Shown here in pieces: positions 8,471 through 17,895 of a stretch of 63,815 nt of DNA. The first letter of the stretch is position 1. The number at the start of each line of letters is the position of its first letter. The DNA is taken from IMG/VR virus record IMGVR_UViG_3300009091_001004, positions 1-63,815 of that record; one strand, given 5' to 3'. The notes beneath the pieces were generated by a model, which saw only the letters and a program-made list of their open reading frames with translations, was not told the origin of the DNA and did not search any database. A program made the translations under genes and the position numbers. The stretch comes from a virus (Duplodnaviria > Caudoviricetes).

Positions 8471-11200
8471 ATGGCACCACACGACAGCTCTTACTTCCGT
8501 CCTGCTCCTCCACCTCTTCCGGACCCGGCTACACTGCCGTTTCCTGCAAACCTGATACGGCGCTGTAGCGACTGTAGTCTGCGGCAGGGGTGTACTGCTC
8601 CCGTCCCGGGGGAGAACATTGTCTCCGGGGTGGAGATAATGCTCGTCGGGCAGAATCCCGGTACGAATGAAGATTTGTATGGAAAACCTTTCGTAGGGCA
8701 GGCGGGTCGCTATCTTGACTCTCTCCTTTTTAGCGCTGGTATTCCCCGCGAGTCAGTCTGTGTTACCAATATCGTGAAGTGCCTTACACCGCATAACCGT
8801 GCGATTACCCCGGCGGAGATTGCGTCCTGTTCTCCCTGGCTGGATATTGAAGTAAATCTGGTGGCTCCCCGCATCATTGTTGCTATGGGTGCTGCCACGA
8901 TATACCACTTCTTGGGAGCAGGATCCGGAACAGTAGAACATCTGCATGGCAAGCCGATAGAGAAGGATGGGCGCATTATCCTCCCGGCTTACCATCCTGC
9001 TGCTGCTCTGCATAACCCGACACTGCTCCGCCAGTGCTCCGATGATTTCCAGGTGCTGCGTGGACTGGCCAAGGGTGCCAGCTGGCGCGACTACCACGTC
9101 ATGGATGAATATCCTGATCCGTGCTATGAAGTTGCCGACACTCCGGCGAAGATCAAGCAGATGGTCTCCCAGATCAATGATGCCGGAGAGTTTGCGGTAG
9201 ACACGGAAACCTGCCGAGGTCGGCTGTGGAGTGCCCAGTTTTCTGCCTGTCCGGGAACCGCCTGGTTCCTCCCAATCAGCGAGGAGGAGAGCACGTATCG
9301 TGTTGATTTGACTGGCTACCAGGCCACTGCCATCGTGCACTTCTATTTGCATGATGTGCAATATTTGAGAATTGCTGATGATCGCTTCATGGACACGATG
9401 TCCATGTCGTACCATTTAGGGCTTCCGCAGGGTCTTAAAGAGCTCGCCTCCCGTCTCTGCGGAATCCAGATGGTGAACTATAACGAAGTAGTACGTCCTG
9501 TCCAGGAAGAGCTCTCTCTGGAATACCTGTTGAAGGCGGCCTGCAAGGATCTTCCTGCTCCTCCGGAGACTGAGGAAACCAAATGGAACAACAAGAAAGG
9601 GGAGCTGGTTACCCGGAAAAAGAAACCTTGGCATATCTCTCGTAAAATAAAAAGTATCCTGGACGACTACGCGGAAAACCCGCTTACAGATCTCTGGGAT
9701 CGCTGGCGTAGCATACCCGGTATTGAGCGTAGTGCTCTGGACCGCATTATGGGACCGATGCCTCAGGCATCGCTTATGGATATCCCGTTCCCGGATGCGG
9801 TTCGCTACGCGGCTCGAGACGCTGATGCTACCCTGCGAGTGTATTACAAGCTCCTGCAGCTTATCCAGAAGATGGATCTCGATTTTGTCCTGAACATGGA
9901 CTTGAGAGTGCTCCCGATGGCGAGTTCTATGATGCAGAACGGGATGGCGGTGGACCTGGAGCATTACCGCAAGCTCTCCGAGGACTACGATATCCGTATG
10001 AGGGTACAGGCAGCTGAGCTGGCAGGAGAAGTTGGTCACGCTTTCAATCCGGCAAGCAGCGATCAGGTAGCAGCAGTAGTCTATGGCGAGCTGGGTTTCA
10101 AGCCGACAGCATTCACTCCTACCAAGGAAGTGTCCACCGATGATTCGGAGCTCAAGAAAACCAAACATCCGGTAGCCCAGGGGATTATTCAGTATCGTGG
10201 TCTCTTGAAACTGAAGACTACCTACGCTGATAACATGATTCGGTCGGCGCACCCTGATACGGACGGTGTTCCCCGGATACATACTGTGATCAAGACGACG
10301 CGGGTGGAGACCGGACGCTGGAGTTCTGCCAAGAATGATGATGGTGAGGGAGCCAACCTGCAGAATATTCCTACGCGCAATACCGAGTCCAAAGCAATCA
10401 AGAACGGGTTTATCGCTCCGTTGGGGAAAGTGCTAGCTGAGGGAGACTTGGCACAAATAGAAATGGTGTGTCTGGCTCACCTGTCAAATTGCAAGCGCCT
10501 GGTGGAACTTTTCCTGCGCGGTGGGGACCCGCATACCGAGATGGCGGCGACGGTCTTCGGTGTTTCCCTGGAAGAGGCAGCCCAGAGCAAGTACCGCTAC
10601 CCGGTTAAGCGGTTGAATTTCGGTATTGCTTATCTTATTGGTCCGCAGGGTCTGTCCAACCAGATACAGGAGTATATCTCCGATCTGAAGATCGCGGGAG
10701 AGCCTGTTGAAATAGAGCCCTGGGATGTACCAACCTGCGAGAAGTTTATTGCGGAGTGGTACCGGCTGAATCCCGAAGTGAAGGACTTCCAGCTCGAGAT
10801 GGCTGCAATGGCGCGCCGCTACGGTTACGTCAACGATATCTTCGGCCGGATGAGATATATCCCGGAGATAACCTGCCCGATACGTTCTGTTCAGGAAGCA
10901 GGGGCAAGACAGGCGGCCAATCTGCCGGTTACAGCGTCCGCGCAGGGGATTTTGAAAATGGCAATGTGGCGCTTATGGGAGCAGCTACCATACACAGAGT
11001 GGGCAGACCAGGTGAGATTTCTCATGCAGATCCATGATAGCCTGGTCATGGAAATAACAGACAATAAAGATATCTACAAATCATACCTGCGCTGGATGGA
11101 CGATATCGTGCGCAATGTGGTGTATCTGAGAGTCCCGGTAAAAATGGATTACAAGGTAGGGAAACGCTGGGGAGAGTTGGTGAAAGTGAAGCTGTCCTGA
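8471..11200 (+). CDS. polA: Family A DNA polymerase with N-terminal family-4 uracil-DNA-glycosylase-like domain and 3'-5' exonuclease
   Basis: UDG: CxxC..C, LVGQNPG..ED..GKPFVG.AG, TNIVKC, YHPAA. Exo: DTET, YAARDA. Pol: TGRWSS, NLQNIP, DLAQIE, K..NFG..Y, QIHD. Confidence 0.92.
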   Translation: MAPHDSSYFRPAPPPLPDPATLPFPANLIRRCSDCSLRQGCTAPVPGENIVSGVEIMLVGQNPGTNEDLYGKPFVGQAGRYLDSLLFSAGIPRESVCVTNIVKCLTPHNRAITPAEIASCSPWLDIEVNLVAPRIIVAMGAATIYHFLGAGSGTVEHLHGKPIEKDGRIILPAYHPAAALHNPTLLRQCSDDFQVLRGLAKGASWRDYHVMDEYPDPCYEVADTPAKIKQMVSQINDAGEFAVDTETCRGRLWSAQFSACPGTAWFLPISEEESTYRVDLTGYQATAIVHFYLHDVQYLRIADDRFMDTMSMSYHLGLPQGLKELASRLCGIQMVNYNEVVRPVQEELSLEYLLKAACKDLPAPPETEETKWNNKKGELVTRKKKPWHISRKIKSILDDYAENPLTDLWDRWRSIPGIERSALDRIMGPMPQASLMDIPFPDAVRYAARDADATLRVYYKLLQLIQKMDLDFVLNMDLRVLPMASSMMQNGMAVDLEHYRKLSEDYDIRMRVQAAELAGEVGHAFNPASSDQVAAVVYGELGFKPTAFTPTKEVSTDDSELKKTKHPVAQGIIQYRGLLKLKTTYADNMIRSAHPDTDGVPRIHTVIKTTRVETGRWSSAKNDDGEGANLQNIPTRNTESKAIKNGFIAPLGKVLAEGDLAQIEMVCLAHLSNCKRLVELFLRGGDPHTEMAATVFGVSLEEAAQSKYRYPVKRLNFGIAYLIGPQGLSNQIQEYISDLKIAGEPVEIEPWDVPTCEKFIAEWYRLNPEVKDFQLEMAAMARRYGYVNDIFGRMRYIPEITCPIRSVQEAGARQAANLPVTASAQGILKMAMWRLWEQLPYTEWADQVRFLMQIHDSLVMEITDNKDIYKSYLRWMDDIVRNVVYLRVPVKMDYKVGKRWGELVKVKLS

Positions 11201-11335
11201 GGGGGGCTGGAGAGTGATGAGTAAACTACTTGAAGCGTCAAAAATCTGCGAAGCCCTATCCCCCAGGATATTATGGAGGGGCATGAATCTAACCATACTT
11301 TATACCTATTTAAGTTGGTAAAGGAGGCATAAGTA

Positions 11336-11521
11336 GTGGTCCGAAGGCTAGTGAGAGGTTGTGGTGTTGCTCTTTTATTCGTTAGTATTGGGTCAGTAAT
11401 ATATTCTGGGCAGTTAGTTAGTGGGAATACACAGACTATCCTTAGATTATCAGGAGGTCTTTTCTCTCTATTTAGTTGTCTAATAATAATCGTGCCCGGT
11501 CTAGGAAAGGAGGCAAAGTGA
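11336..11521 (+). CDS. Small two-TM membrane protein
   Basis: AGGAGG RBS; two hydrophobic stretches. Confidence 0.5.
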   Translation: MVRRLVRGCGVALLFVSIGSVIYSGQLVSGNTQTILRLSGGLFSLFSCLIIIVPGLGKEAK

Positions 11522-12189
11522 AAGTAATATCTTTAGTGTCTGGAGGACTTGATAGTATCCTTGCAACTGATGTTCTTTTATCTCAAGGACATGAAGTTCT
11601 AATGCTATTCGCGGCCTTGAACCAAAATCCTATGGTACAGGAGAGAGATGCTGTGGGGTACTTCTACTCATTTTTCTCTCTTAGATATCCTGACCAGGTT
11701 TCTTTCCTCGAACAGAAATTTGACCTGGGTGGGAAAAAGAAGGTTGAGAGTACTTGGGGAAGAGCAATGATGTTAATTGGCAGTGCTCTCACTTATGATT
11801 ACTGTCAGACAAGTATGTACTATGATGCAATAGCATTAGGTAGTCATAAAGGAGACGTTGGTTTAGATGTTAATCCTGACCGGATGGAAGCCTTTAAGAA
11901 AGTAGTTGAGATAAGTACTAAAGGAACAGTACAACTACTTCTTCCTATAGAGGAAATGACTCAGGAGGTTATAGGCTGGGAGTTCAAGAATAGGAATCTT
12001 CCTTTGGATAAAACTTATAACTGTTACTGGAACATCCCTTGCGGGTATAAAAGTCCCAGAGATACATATAGATGCCAGGGATGCAGAAGAAAAGCAATCG
12101 CTATGAGAGCCGCAGGGTATGATGAAGTAGAATGCGAAATGCCTAATTCCAGGACAAGGAGGACTAAATGCCAAAAGGATGGAAGCTGA
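11518..12189 (+). CDS. QueC-like PP-loop ATPase
   Basis: SGGLDS PP-loop; C-terminal CYW..C...CQGC cysteine cluster; GTG start after AGGAGG. Confidence 0.75.
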   Translation: MKVISLVSGGLDSILATDVLLSQGHEVLMLFAALNQNPMVQERDAVGYFYSFFSLRYPDQVSFLEQKFDLGGKKKVESTWGRAMMLIGSALTYDYCQTSMYYDAIALGSHKGDVGLDVNPDRMEAFKKVVEISTKGTVQLLLPIEEMTQEVIGWEFKNRNLPLDKTYNCYWNIPCGYKSPRDTYRCQGCRRKAIAMRAAGYDEVECEMPNSRTRRTKCQKDGS

Positions 12190-12219
12190 GGGCAAGCCCA
12201 TTGAGAAAGAGAGATAGGA

Positions 12220-12525
12220 ATGAAAGATTTATGTTTGACAGATGAAAGTTTTGTTAAGCTAAAATCCCTTATCATGCACGAAAATTTAAGGCAACTCACT
12301 AAATGGGGCATACAAGACCACTCACCCGAAAGCTGGTATATGTTTACGTCTGAGGAATTGGGTGAGTTGGCAAAAGCTATTGGTGAATTTGAGTATCGTG
12401 GTGGATTGGCAGAACCTGTAGTTAAAGAAGCCATCCAGACAGCTACCCTATGCCTCAAAATTGCTGAAATGTTTCAGTCATTATTAGTAACCGAATTGGG
12501 CAAGCCCGCCGAGAAGAAATCTTGA
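12220..12525 (+). CDS. MazG-like nucleotide pyrophosphohydrolase
   Basis: KWG.Q.H, EELGELAKAI, KEAIQTA motifs. Confidence 0.75.
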   Translation: MKDLCLTDESFVKLKSLIMHENLRQLTKWGIQDHSPESWYMFTSEELGELAKAIGEFEYRGGLAEPVVKEAIQTATLCLKIAEMFQSLLVTELGKPAEKKS

Positions 12526-12550
12526 TATCTTGTGGATAATATGTTATTAT
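12522..12550 (+). promoter_or_regulatory. Sigma70-type promoter
   Basis: TTGATA-17-TATTAT with TG extension; spacer contains GTGGATA like other promoters here. Confidence 0.5.
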
Positions 12551-12576
12551 TCGGTATGTTAGGGAGTAATGATGGT

Positions 12577-13221
12577 ATGAAAGGTAACATGAAAGGTATC
12601 AGGATTACTAAATCTAATCTTCTCGGTGTCGCGGTCCAGAGCGTCCGGCATGGCAGGGGGCTCGCAGAGTTCCGTACCTACATAACGGAAGCCCGGAAAT
12701 GCGGTCTCATTACTTTCTCTGACAGCGAGATACAGTTTCTGGTTAACTCCAATAAAGATATGATTTTCGGTAAGGGTGCCCGGCTGGTGGAGCAGGACAC
12801 TTTCCTGTCCGACGAGACTGTTATCGGAGATGGGGCTCCCAGCTGGTCAAAAGAGCACCTGCTGGGGTTCCTGGAAGGTATCGAGAGCAAGAAGATCGAT
12901 ATTGCTCCCTTGGAGAAAGAGATCCCCGGGTATAAGGACCTGATTATGCCAAACGGGCCGCAGGTGCTCATTAGAGAGGTTATCCTGCTCGAGCATCTTT
13001 GCAAGGTCGTGGATACTGTTATCCTACAGCCTCTGTTCAAAGTTCTGGTTTATTTTCTTGGGCGTACGCATCCGGCCCAGCTGTATATTATCGGACGGGA
13101 TGCACATACCCGGGACCCGTTCTGCCTGGGTGTTCCCAACGGGTTCGTGGACCAGTCTATTGAGACATGTTTACGTTGGACGATGGATCTCCATAAAGGG
13201 GATACTGTTGAAGAAGTTTGA
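12577..13221 (+). CDS. Hypothetical phage protein (DUF6745-like C-terminus)
   Basis: D..T...F.L.VP......L.WT pattern; lies near an R(H/Q)GD-family gene as usual for this pair. Confidence 0.55.
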   Translation: MKGNMKGIRITKSNLLGVAVQSVRHGRGLAEFRTYITEARKCGLITFSDSEIQFLVNSNKDMIFGKGARLVEQDTFLSDETVIGDGAPSWSKEHLLGFLEGIESKKIDIAPLEKEIPGYKDLIMPNGPQVLIREVILLEHLCKVVDTVILQPLFKVLVYFLGRTHPAQLYIIGRDAHTRDPFCLGVPNGFVDQSIETCLRWTMDLHKGDTVEEV

Positions 13222-13242
13222 TCGCACCGAAAGGACATATTT

Positions 13243-13443
13243 ATGCAGCTGTTCATAGGTTTTGCTATTTTGTTTGGTATCTGGATTGCGCTAAAGAGAC
13301 TGAGTAAGGGAGACGATGAGAAGGCGCAAGAACAACAAATTATTGAGATATTAGACAGGATAATAGTCATATTGGAGCGGCGGTATGATTGTCCGCCAGT
13401 CGCACAGGAAGGAAAGGGAGAAAGCAATGGCGAGAAAATTTAG
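13243..13443 (+). CDS. Small single-TM protein
   Basis: N-terminal hydrophobic helix; AAGGA RBS. Confidence 0.5.
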   Translation: MQLFIGFAILFGIWIALKRLSKGDDEKAQEQQIIEILDRIIVILERRYDCPPVAQEGKGESNGEKI

Positions 13444-13747
13444 ACACGGAGATATTGTTTTCACAGAGGTGAAGTCTATTCCCGAGGGCCAAGTAATCAA
13501 AGAGGAAGACAAGCTCGAGATGCATGGTGAGACGGGAAAGATCCACCAGATGCTCGGCGTCAGGGTTGTCACGGTCGCACGTAAGGTTACTACGATCGAG
13601 CGCCCGCAGGTGGACTGGTCCTGGTTGGGCGTTATTGTCCCACCCGGGGGCACCGTGATAACACACCCGGAGCATCCGGACATGCGCATTCCCGAGGGCA
13701 CGTTTAGTGTCTCCCGGGTCCGCTCGGTCACGGCATACATTGACTAG
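13427..13747 (+). CDS. Hypothetical phage protein (RHGD...GE.TG..H...HPEH family)
   Basis: Characteristic motifs; start moved to 13427 after GGGAG. Confidence 0.7.
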   Translation: MARKFRHGDIVFTEVKSIPEGQVIKEEDKLEMHGETGKIHQMLGVRVVTVARKVTTIERPQVDWSWLGVIVPPGGTVITHPEHPDMRIPEGTFSVSRVRSVTAYID

Positions 13748-13750
13748 GTG

Positions 13751-13779
13751 TTGACAATGTGTGGAAGATATGGTATATT
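13751..13779 (+). promoter_or_regulatory. Sigma70-type promoter
   Basis: TTGACA-17-TATATT with TG extension. Confidence 0.8.
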
Positions 13780-13833
13780 ATTGGTAAATAAGGATTAATG
13801 ATAGGGTGTAATTAAAGAGAAAGGGGAACCAAA

Positions 13834-14178
13834 ATGGCAACCAAGATGACAACAGAACTCATGAAGAAATTGTACGAGACGAAGCAGCAAAAGAGGGCTC
13901 TAGAGGCCCTGGAAGCATCTCTCCTGGACCAGCTCAAGGCACTGGTTGACCCGGTATTTAACAAGAAGAGCGGTCCGATTTCTGCCGGTGGCATCATCCT
14001 TACCCGCGTCCCGGCGCGGAAGTGTACGGTCAGCACAGACAAGCTCCTCGAACGTGGTGTCAGTCCGGAAGTCATTGTCTACGCAACGGAGATTACGGAC
14101 TATTTCCGGTATCTTCTCAAGGAAGACAAGCTGGTTGCGGCAGAAAAGGTCCGGGCGGCAGCTAAGACAGACGACTAG
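13834..14178 (+). CDS. Hypothetical protein
   Basis: AAGGGG RBS; N-terminal coiled-coil-like segment. Confidence 0.6.
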   Translation: MATKMTTELMKKLYETKQQKRALEALEASLLDQLKALVDPVFNKKSGPISAGGIILTRVPARKCTVSTDKLLERGVSPEVIVYATEITDYFRYLLKEDKLVAAEKVRAAAKTDD

Positions 14179-14215
14179 AGTATGTTTGTTTGTAGTTCGT
14201 AGCGGAGGGGGAAAG

Positions 14216-14491
14216 ATGAATAACTTGCTGGTGGTATACCCCTGGATGGATACCTGGCGGTTCTTAGTAATTTTACTAGTAGCTCTCGGTGCATTTGCTG
14301 CTGGAGGGGTAATGGTTGATTCGGATTTGCTAGGAAGTCTACTAATAGGCTGTACAGGTATAGTAGCTTACCTAATAGCAGCCCCGCATATGTCGGAGGT
14401 CCCACCTCTCGAGGTCGTTCCTCCCATGATAGCCTTAGTAGTGCTAATAGTTGTAAGTGGACTCAGGGAGGGTATAAAAAATGAGCAATAA
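14216..14491 (+). CDS. Small multi-TM membrane protein
   Basis: Start moved to 14216 after GGAGGGGG; three hydrophobic stretches. Confidence 0.55.
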   Translation: MNNLLVVYPWMDTWRFLVILLVALGAFAAGGVMVDSDLLGSLLIGCTGIVAYLIAAPHMSEVPPLEVVPPMIALVVLIVVSGLREGIKNEQ

Positions 14492-15125
14492 TGATAATAA
14501 TATAGACCAGAAAGATCAGGTAGGTCAGGTAGATCAGTCGGGGCAGGCAGACCGGGAGGCTGGTGCTATTAATGGCGTTCCCACCGACCGAATTGGAGAG
14601 ATAGTCAAGCAAGAGCGGTGGAAAGCATGGAAAATGATCTTGATAATCCTCTGTATTACTTTTGCCCTGCTGATTTCTCTGTTCATAGTCAACCGGATAC
14701 GCATGGAACGCCTATGTATAAAGATTACTCAGCTGGAGGCCGAAGTATCGAAGTATAATAATGAGCTGATCCGGGTGCCTGCAGTTCAAGCTGGACCGAT
14801 AACGGTGACAACGTACTGGGGTGACGGCACTTTCTCCTGGTTAGAAGTTTTTGATTCGGCTGCTGAGGCCGATCATTATTTTACAGTCCTGGCAGAGTCT
14901 CTAGCGTTGTATGGTGCGTCCGTATTCTCTCATACAGACCCCTACGAGCTCTCCGAGGCTTTTCCACTGGTATGGGAGATGTCGGTCACTGTCCCCGCAG
15001 CCAAGCATGAGCTAGAGCAAGGTATCCAGGAAGTGTTACGGGGACTAGGAGCCTGGGATGATATCCGGGATACATCGGAATCATGGGGGCTGCCCCGAGA
15101 CCCAGGTCCTGCGATATTGGGATAG
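14481..15125 (+). CDS. Single-TM hypothetical protein
   Basis: GGGAGG RBS; TM followed by coiled coil. Confidence 0.6.
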   Translation: MSNNDNNIDQKDQVGQVDQSGQADREAGAINGVPTDRIGEIVKQERWKAWKMILIILCITFALLISLFIVNRIRMERLCIKITQLEAEVSKYNNELIRVPAVQAGPITVTTYWGDGTFSWLEVFDSAAEADHYFTVLAESLALYGASVFSHTDPYELSEAFPLVWEMSVTVPAAKHELEQGIQEVLRGLGAWDDIRDTSESWGLPRDPGPAILG

Positions 15126-15138
15126 GAGGATTAGCAGG

Positions 15139-15345
15139 ATGAAACGGTTGCTGGTTCTGGTTGCAGTGATAGTAGTCTTGTTGTCGGTAGTTGTCGGCTG
15201 CAGGAGAGACAGGGAAGGAACAGTAGTAAGAATGCAGGGGGCTTATCCCCTGGATGTGCACTACTATCACGACGACGATAACAGTGTCGGTATCTGGGTG
15301 TACCGTGATAGTCTCTTTGTTCTCCCGGATGAGGATTACAGGTAG
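15139..15345 (+). CDS. Small lipoprotein
   Basis: MKR + hydrophobic core + VVGC lipobox; AGGAGG RBS. Confidence 0.6.
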   Translation: MKRLLVLVAVIVVLLSVVVGCRRDREGTVVRMQGAYPLDVHYYHDDDNSVGIWVYRDSLFVLPDEDYR

Positions 15346-15356
15346 GAGGTAAGTTT

Positions 15357-15680
15357 ATGGATCGTGGTACTGTAGCAACATTTGTTGTCCTGTTTATCGT
15401 GGTCGGCGTAATTCTCATTGTGCACCCGTCCTGGCTAAACCGGATACCCTATCTCGGTGTTATCTTTTCCCGGATGGGTAAACCCCGTATCGACCAAATC
15501 ATGGCGGAAACGGAGCAGGAGAGACGGGAGGCGGTGCGGCTAGAGAAATTACTGCGTGCGGAGCAGGAGCTGTTTAAAGCCCGGTCTAACACGGCCCGTC
15601 TGCGGGAGGAAATCAGGAGTACCCGTTCCAGTAATGGGAGTAATGATACGTTCGATAAGCTATTTCCTCCCCGGAAATAA
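15357..15680 (+). CDS. Single-TM coiled-coil protein
   Basis: AGGAGGT RBS; N-terminal TM. Confidence 0.6.
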   Translation: MDRGTVATFVVLFIVVGVILIVHPSWLNRIPYLGVIFSRMGKPRIDQIMAETEQERREAVRLEKLLRAEQELFKARSNTARLREEIRSTRSSNGSNDTFDKLFPPRK

Positions 15681-15685
15681 GTCTA

Positions 15686-15715
15686 TTGACAGAATAGTTG
15701 GGTAGGTGGTACACT
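15686..15715 (+). promoter_or_regulatory. Sigma70-type promoter opening the small-gene region
   Basis: TTGACA-18-TACACT with TG extension; followed by gtatgggtagat, also found after the 22114 element. Confidence 0.6.
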
Positions 15716-15790
15716 GTATGGGTAGATGGAAGCGCGCCACCTATTTTATTAGGCGGTAGAACAAAGAATAGGGGGTTATTAATCAGAGAA

Positions 15791-16561
15791 ATGAGTACGC
15801 GAGCGATAGTTACGGTAAAGAGTGCAGATGGAACAGAGACCAGGAGACTGTACTGTCACGGTGATGGTTACCCCTCAGAGGTGGGTAAGCTGGTCTATAA
15901 TTTTGCTAAATTCTCTCCCCGGATTGATGGCAATAGTTCTGGTAGTACTATGCAGAAAGTTGCGTTCGGGGACTGGAGCTCTAAGGACCCTGTAAAGCGG
16001 GAAGGGAAGTATCATAAGCTTCCTCCTTTAGGACAAGCCTACTCCACAATGTATAACGTGACTGTTGATCCGGATAAGTTTGTTCCTGCACTGATCTCGT
16101 TCATGATCAACAAAGGATATGGTGGCGTCTATATCACCGACCGGGACCCGGTAAAGGAAGCAGCGGAGAAGGGCCACGGTGATGAGTATGGCACTGACAT
16201 CGAGTGGCACTATGTCGTTACCTTGGGTAAGGAGTATGGCGCTGCCCCCAAAGTGGACGTTTTCGAGTCAATTGCTTATGGTCCGAAAAAGCTGCTTTAC
16301 AGAGATTCGAATGGCAAGGATGTCATGTATGGCTCCCTGCAGAAGTTCGTCAGTCGCGGCTCTGTTCCCCAGGCGATTGCTCTAGAAGAACGGAAGTACC
16401 GAGCACAGCAAGAGAAAGAGGAAGCAGAAAAGAAGCTGAATGAAGAGAAGAGTCTGCTTACTCCACTCACTCCTATAAAGCGTGGTCGCAGGAAGTCTGC
16501 TCTCACCAGCGTCAAGCCACGGTATGCTAATATCAAGAATCAGGTAGGAGGGATGAGATGA
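15791..16561 (+). CDS. Hypothetical phage protein (MSTR...YxHxDGYP family) with basic tail ending VGGMR
   Basis: MSTRAI, YCHGDGYP and DIEWHY motifs. Confidence 0.7.
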   Translation: MSTRAIVTVKSADGTETRRLYCHGDGYPSEVGKLVYNFAKFSPRIDGNSSGSTMQKVAFGDWSSKDPVKREGKYHKLPPLGQAYSTMYNVTVDPDKFVPALISFMINKGYGGVYITDRDPVKEAAEKGHGDEYGTDIEWHYVVTLGKEYGAAPKVDVFESIAYGPKKLLYRDSNGKDVMYGSLQKFVSRGSVPQAIALEERKYRAQQEKEEAEKKLNEEKSLLTPLTPIKRGRRKSALTSVKPRYANIKNQVGGMR

Positions 16562-16848
16562 GAAATACAGGTCTCGGCTACGATGGCTATCGTAACATTG
16601 ATAGTCACCGTTATCCTCCGCGCAGGAATCTCCCTCTCTGCCGCTGCTGTGGTAAACCGGTCTACAGTTTCGACCGCTACCCGATCCATACGAGATGTAT
16701 TGCCAAACACTGGGGGAAGCATGCCCGGGGTATCAATGCCAGCCGCTGCAAGGAATTCAGCCATCTAGCACCCCCGAGACGTTCCCGGAAGTCTTCTGTA
16801 CCAGTTGACTACACTCGGGACTATACGTTAACCCGACCGAGGTATTAG
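16558..16848 (+). CDS. Small basic Cys/His protein
   Basis: ATGA overlap with GGAGG RBS; CRCCG...HTRC. Confidence 0.55.
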   Translation: MRNTGLGYDGYRNIDSHRYPPRRNLPLCRCCGKPVYSFDRYPIHTRCIAKHWGKHARGINASRCKEFSHLAPPRRSRKSSVPVDYTRDYTLTRPRY

Positions 16849-16894
16849 AAATAGGGGTAGTGGAATAGAAAGAGGTCTGAAAGGAGAGGAAGTA

Positions 16895-17155
16895 ATGCCG
16901 GTAATACGTAAGGAAGATATCGTGAAGCGGGCTATGACCGGACTAATTGGGGACAACCAGAAGACGGTAACCGCAGACAAGCTCTACAAGCGCGTCTGGG
17001 ATCAGTGCAAGCGTCTCGGTCTTTATTATCCTGCCTGGCCCGTCTTCGTGGGAGCGGTTCGTGCTAATGGGGCTACTATTGTTGCCCGTAAGAGGAATGG
17101 TAAGACTGTTTTCATAGTTAATTTGCCCCGGAGGGGGAAGCTGGGAAGGAGATAA
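16895..17155 (+). CDS. Small basic hypothetical protein
   Basis: GAGGA RBS; K/R-rich. Confidence 0.6.
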   Translation: MPVIRKEDIVKRAMTGLIGDNQKTVTADKLYKRVWDQCKRLGLYYPAWPVFVGAVRANGATIVARKRNGKTVFIVNLPRRGKLGRR

Positions 17156-17157
17156 CA

Positions 17158-17388
17158 ATGTCAACTATTAATTTGAGGCGGTCCTGTCGTACAACGTCTG
17201 GTTTCTTTCATCGTCTGACCGAACGTGGTGGTCGAGGATACGGTGGTTATACAGTAACCTACCATATAGGATACAACATCTTCGAGTTTGATGAGATCGG
17301 TCTCTGGCTCGCCGAGAGTAAGCTATACCCAAAGAGGTACTACCGGGCACCAACCCGGTTGGCACTCATTAACCTGATTACTGATTAA
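17158..17388 (+). CDS. Hypothetical protein
   Basis: AAGGAG RBS; follows previous ORF closely. Confidence 0.45.
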   Translation: MSTINLRRSCRTTSGFFHRLTERGGRGYGGYTVTYHIGYNIFEFDEIGLWLAESKLYPKRYYRAPTRLALINLITD

Positions 17389-17421
17389 ACGTGAGGTGTC
17401 AAAAAGAGGGGGAAAAATTAG

Positions 17422-17652
17422 ATGATTATTAAAACAACTAAAACACGCACTCCTCACCGCTGCAGCTATTGTATGCGCATGATACCTACCGGGTACAATG
17501 CCATGGCGAAGTCTCGCAAGGTAGGCAAGCTGGCATACCCGGAGACGATCTACTTCCATCAGAAGTGCTGGACGGAAAAGCAGCTGACAGGAAAAGACAG
17601 GAAACCCGGGACGTGGTTTGACCGCGCAACAGGTAAGTGGAGGACAGGATAG
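17422..17652 (+). CDS. Small zinc-binding protein (CxxC...HxxC)
   Basis: HRCSYC...FHQKCW. Confidence 0.6.
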   Translation: MIIKTTKTRTPHRCSYCMRMIPTGYNAMAKSRKVGKLAYPETIYFHQKCWTEKQLTGKDRKPGTWFDRATGKWRTG

Positions 17653-17655
17653 CAG

Positions 17656-17895
17656 ATGGTGACGACAACACCTACTGAAAGAAAGAAGATTTCAGGAGAG
17701 TGGTATTCCTTGATAGCCAGCTTTCCTGCAACACAGAGGGGAAAATCTGATGCGTACGCAGTAGCTCGGGGGTACTCTTCCCCTAAGAGTAAGTTATCTC
17801 GTAGCTACAAGTCCGCTGTCGTTTCTATCCTATATCCGTACCATAGAGTACAAGCCTACGGGGTCTATATTCGAGATATTGGCAGGAGGAAATAG
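17656..17895 (+). CDS. Small basic protein, paralog family A
   Basis: K.ISGEWY...KSDA.A.A...YGVYIR. Confidence 0.6.
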   Translation: MVTTTPTERKKISGEWYSLIASFPATQRGKSDAYAVARGYSSPKSKLSRSYKSAVVSILYPYHRVQAYGVYIRDIGRRK

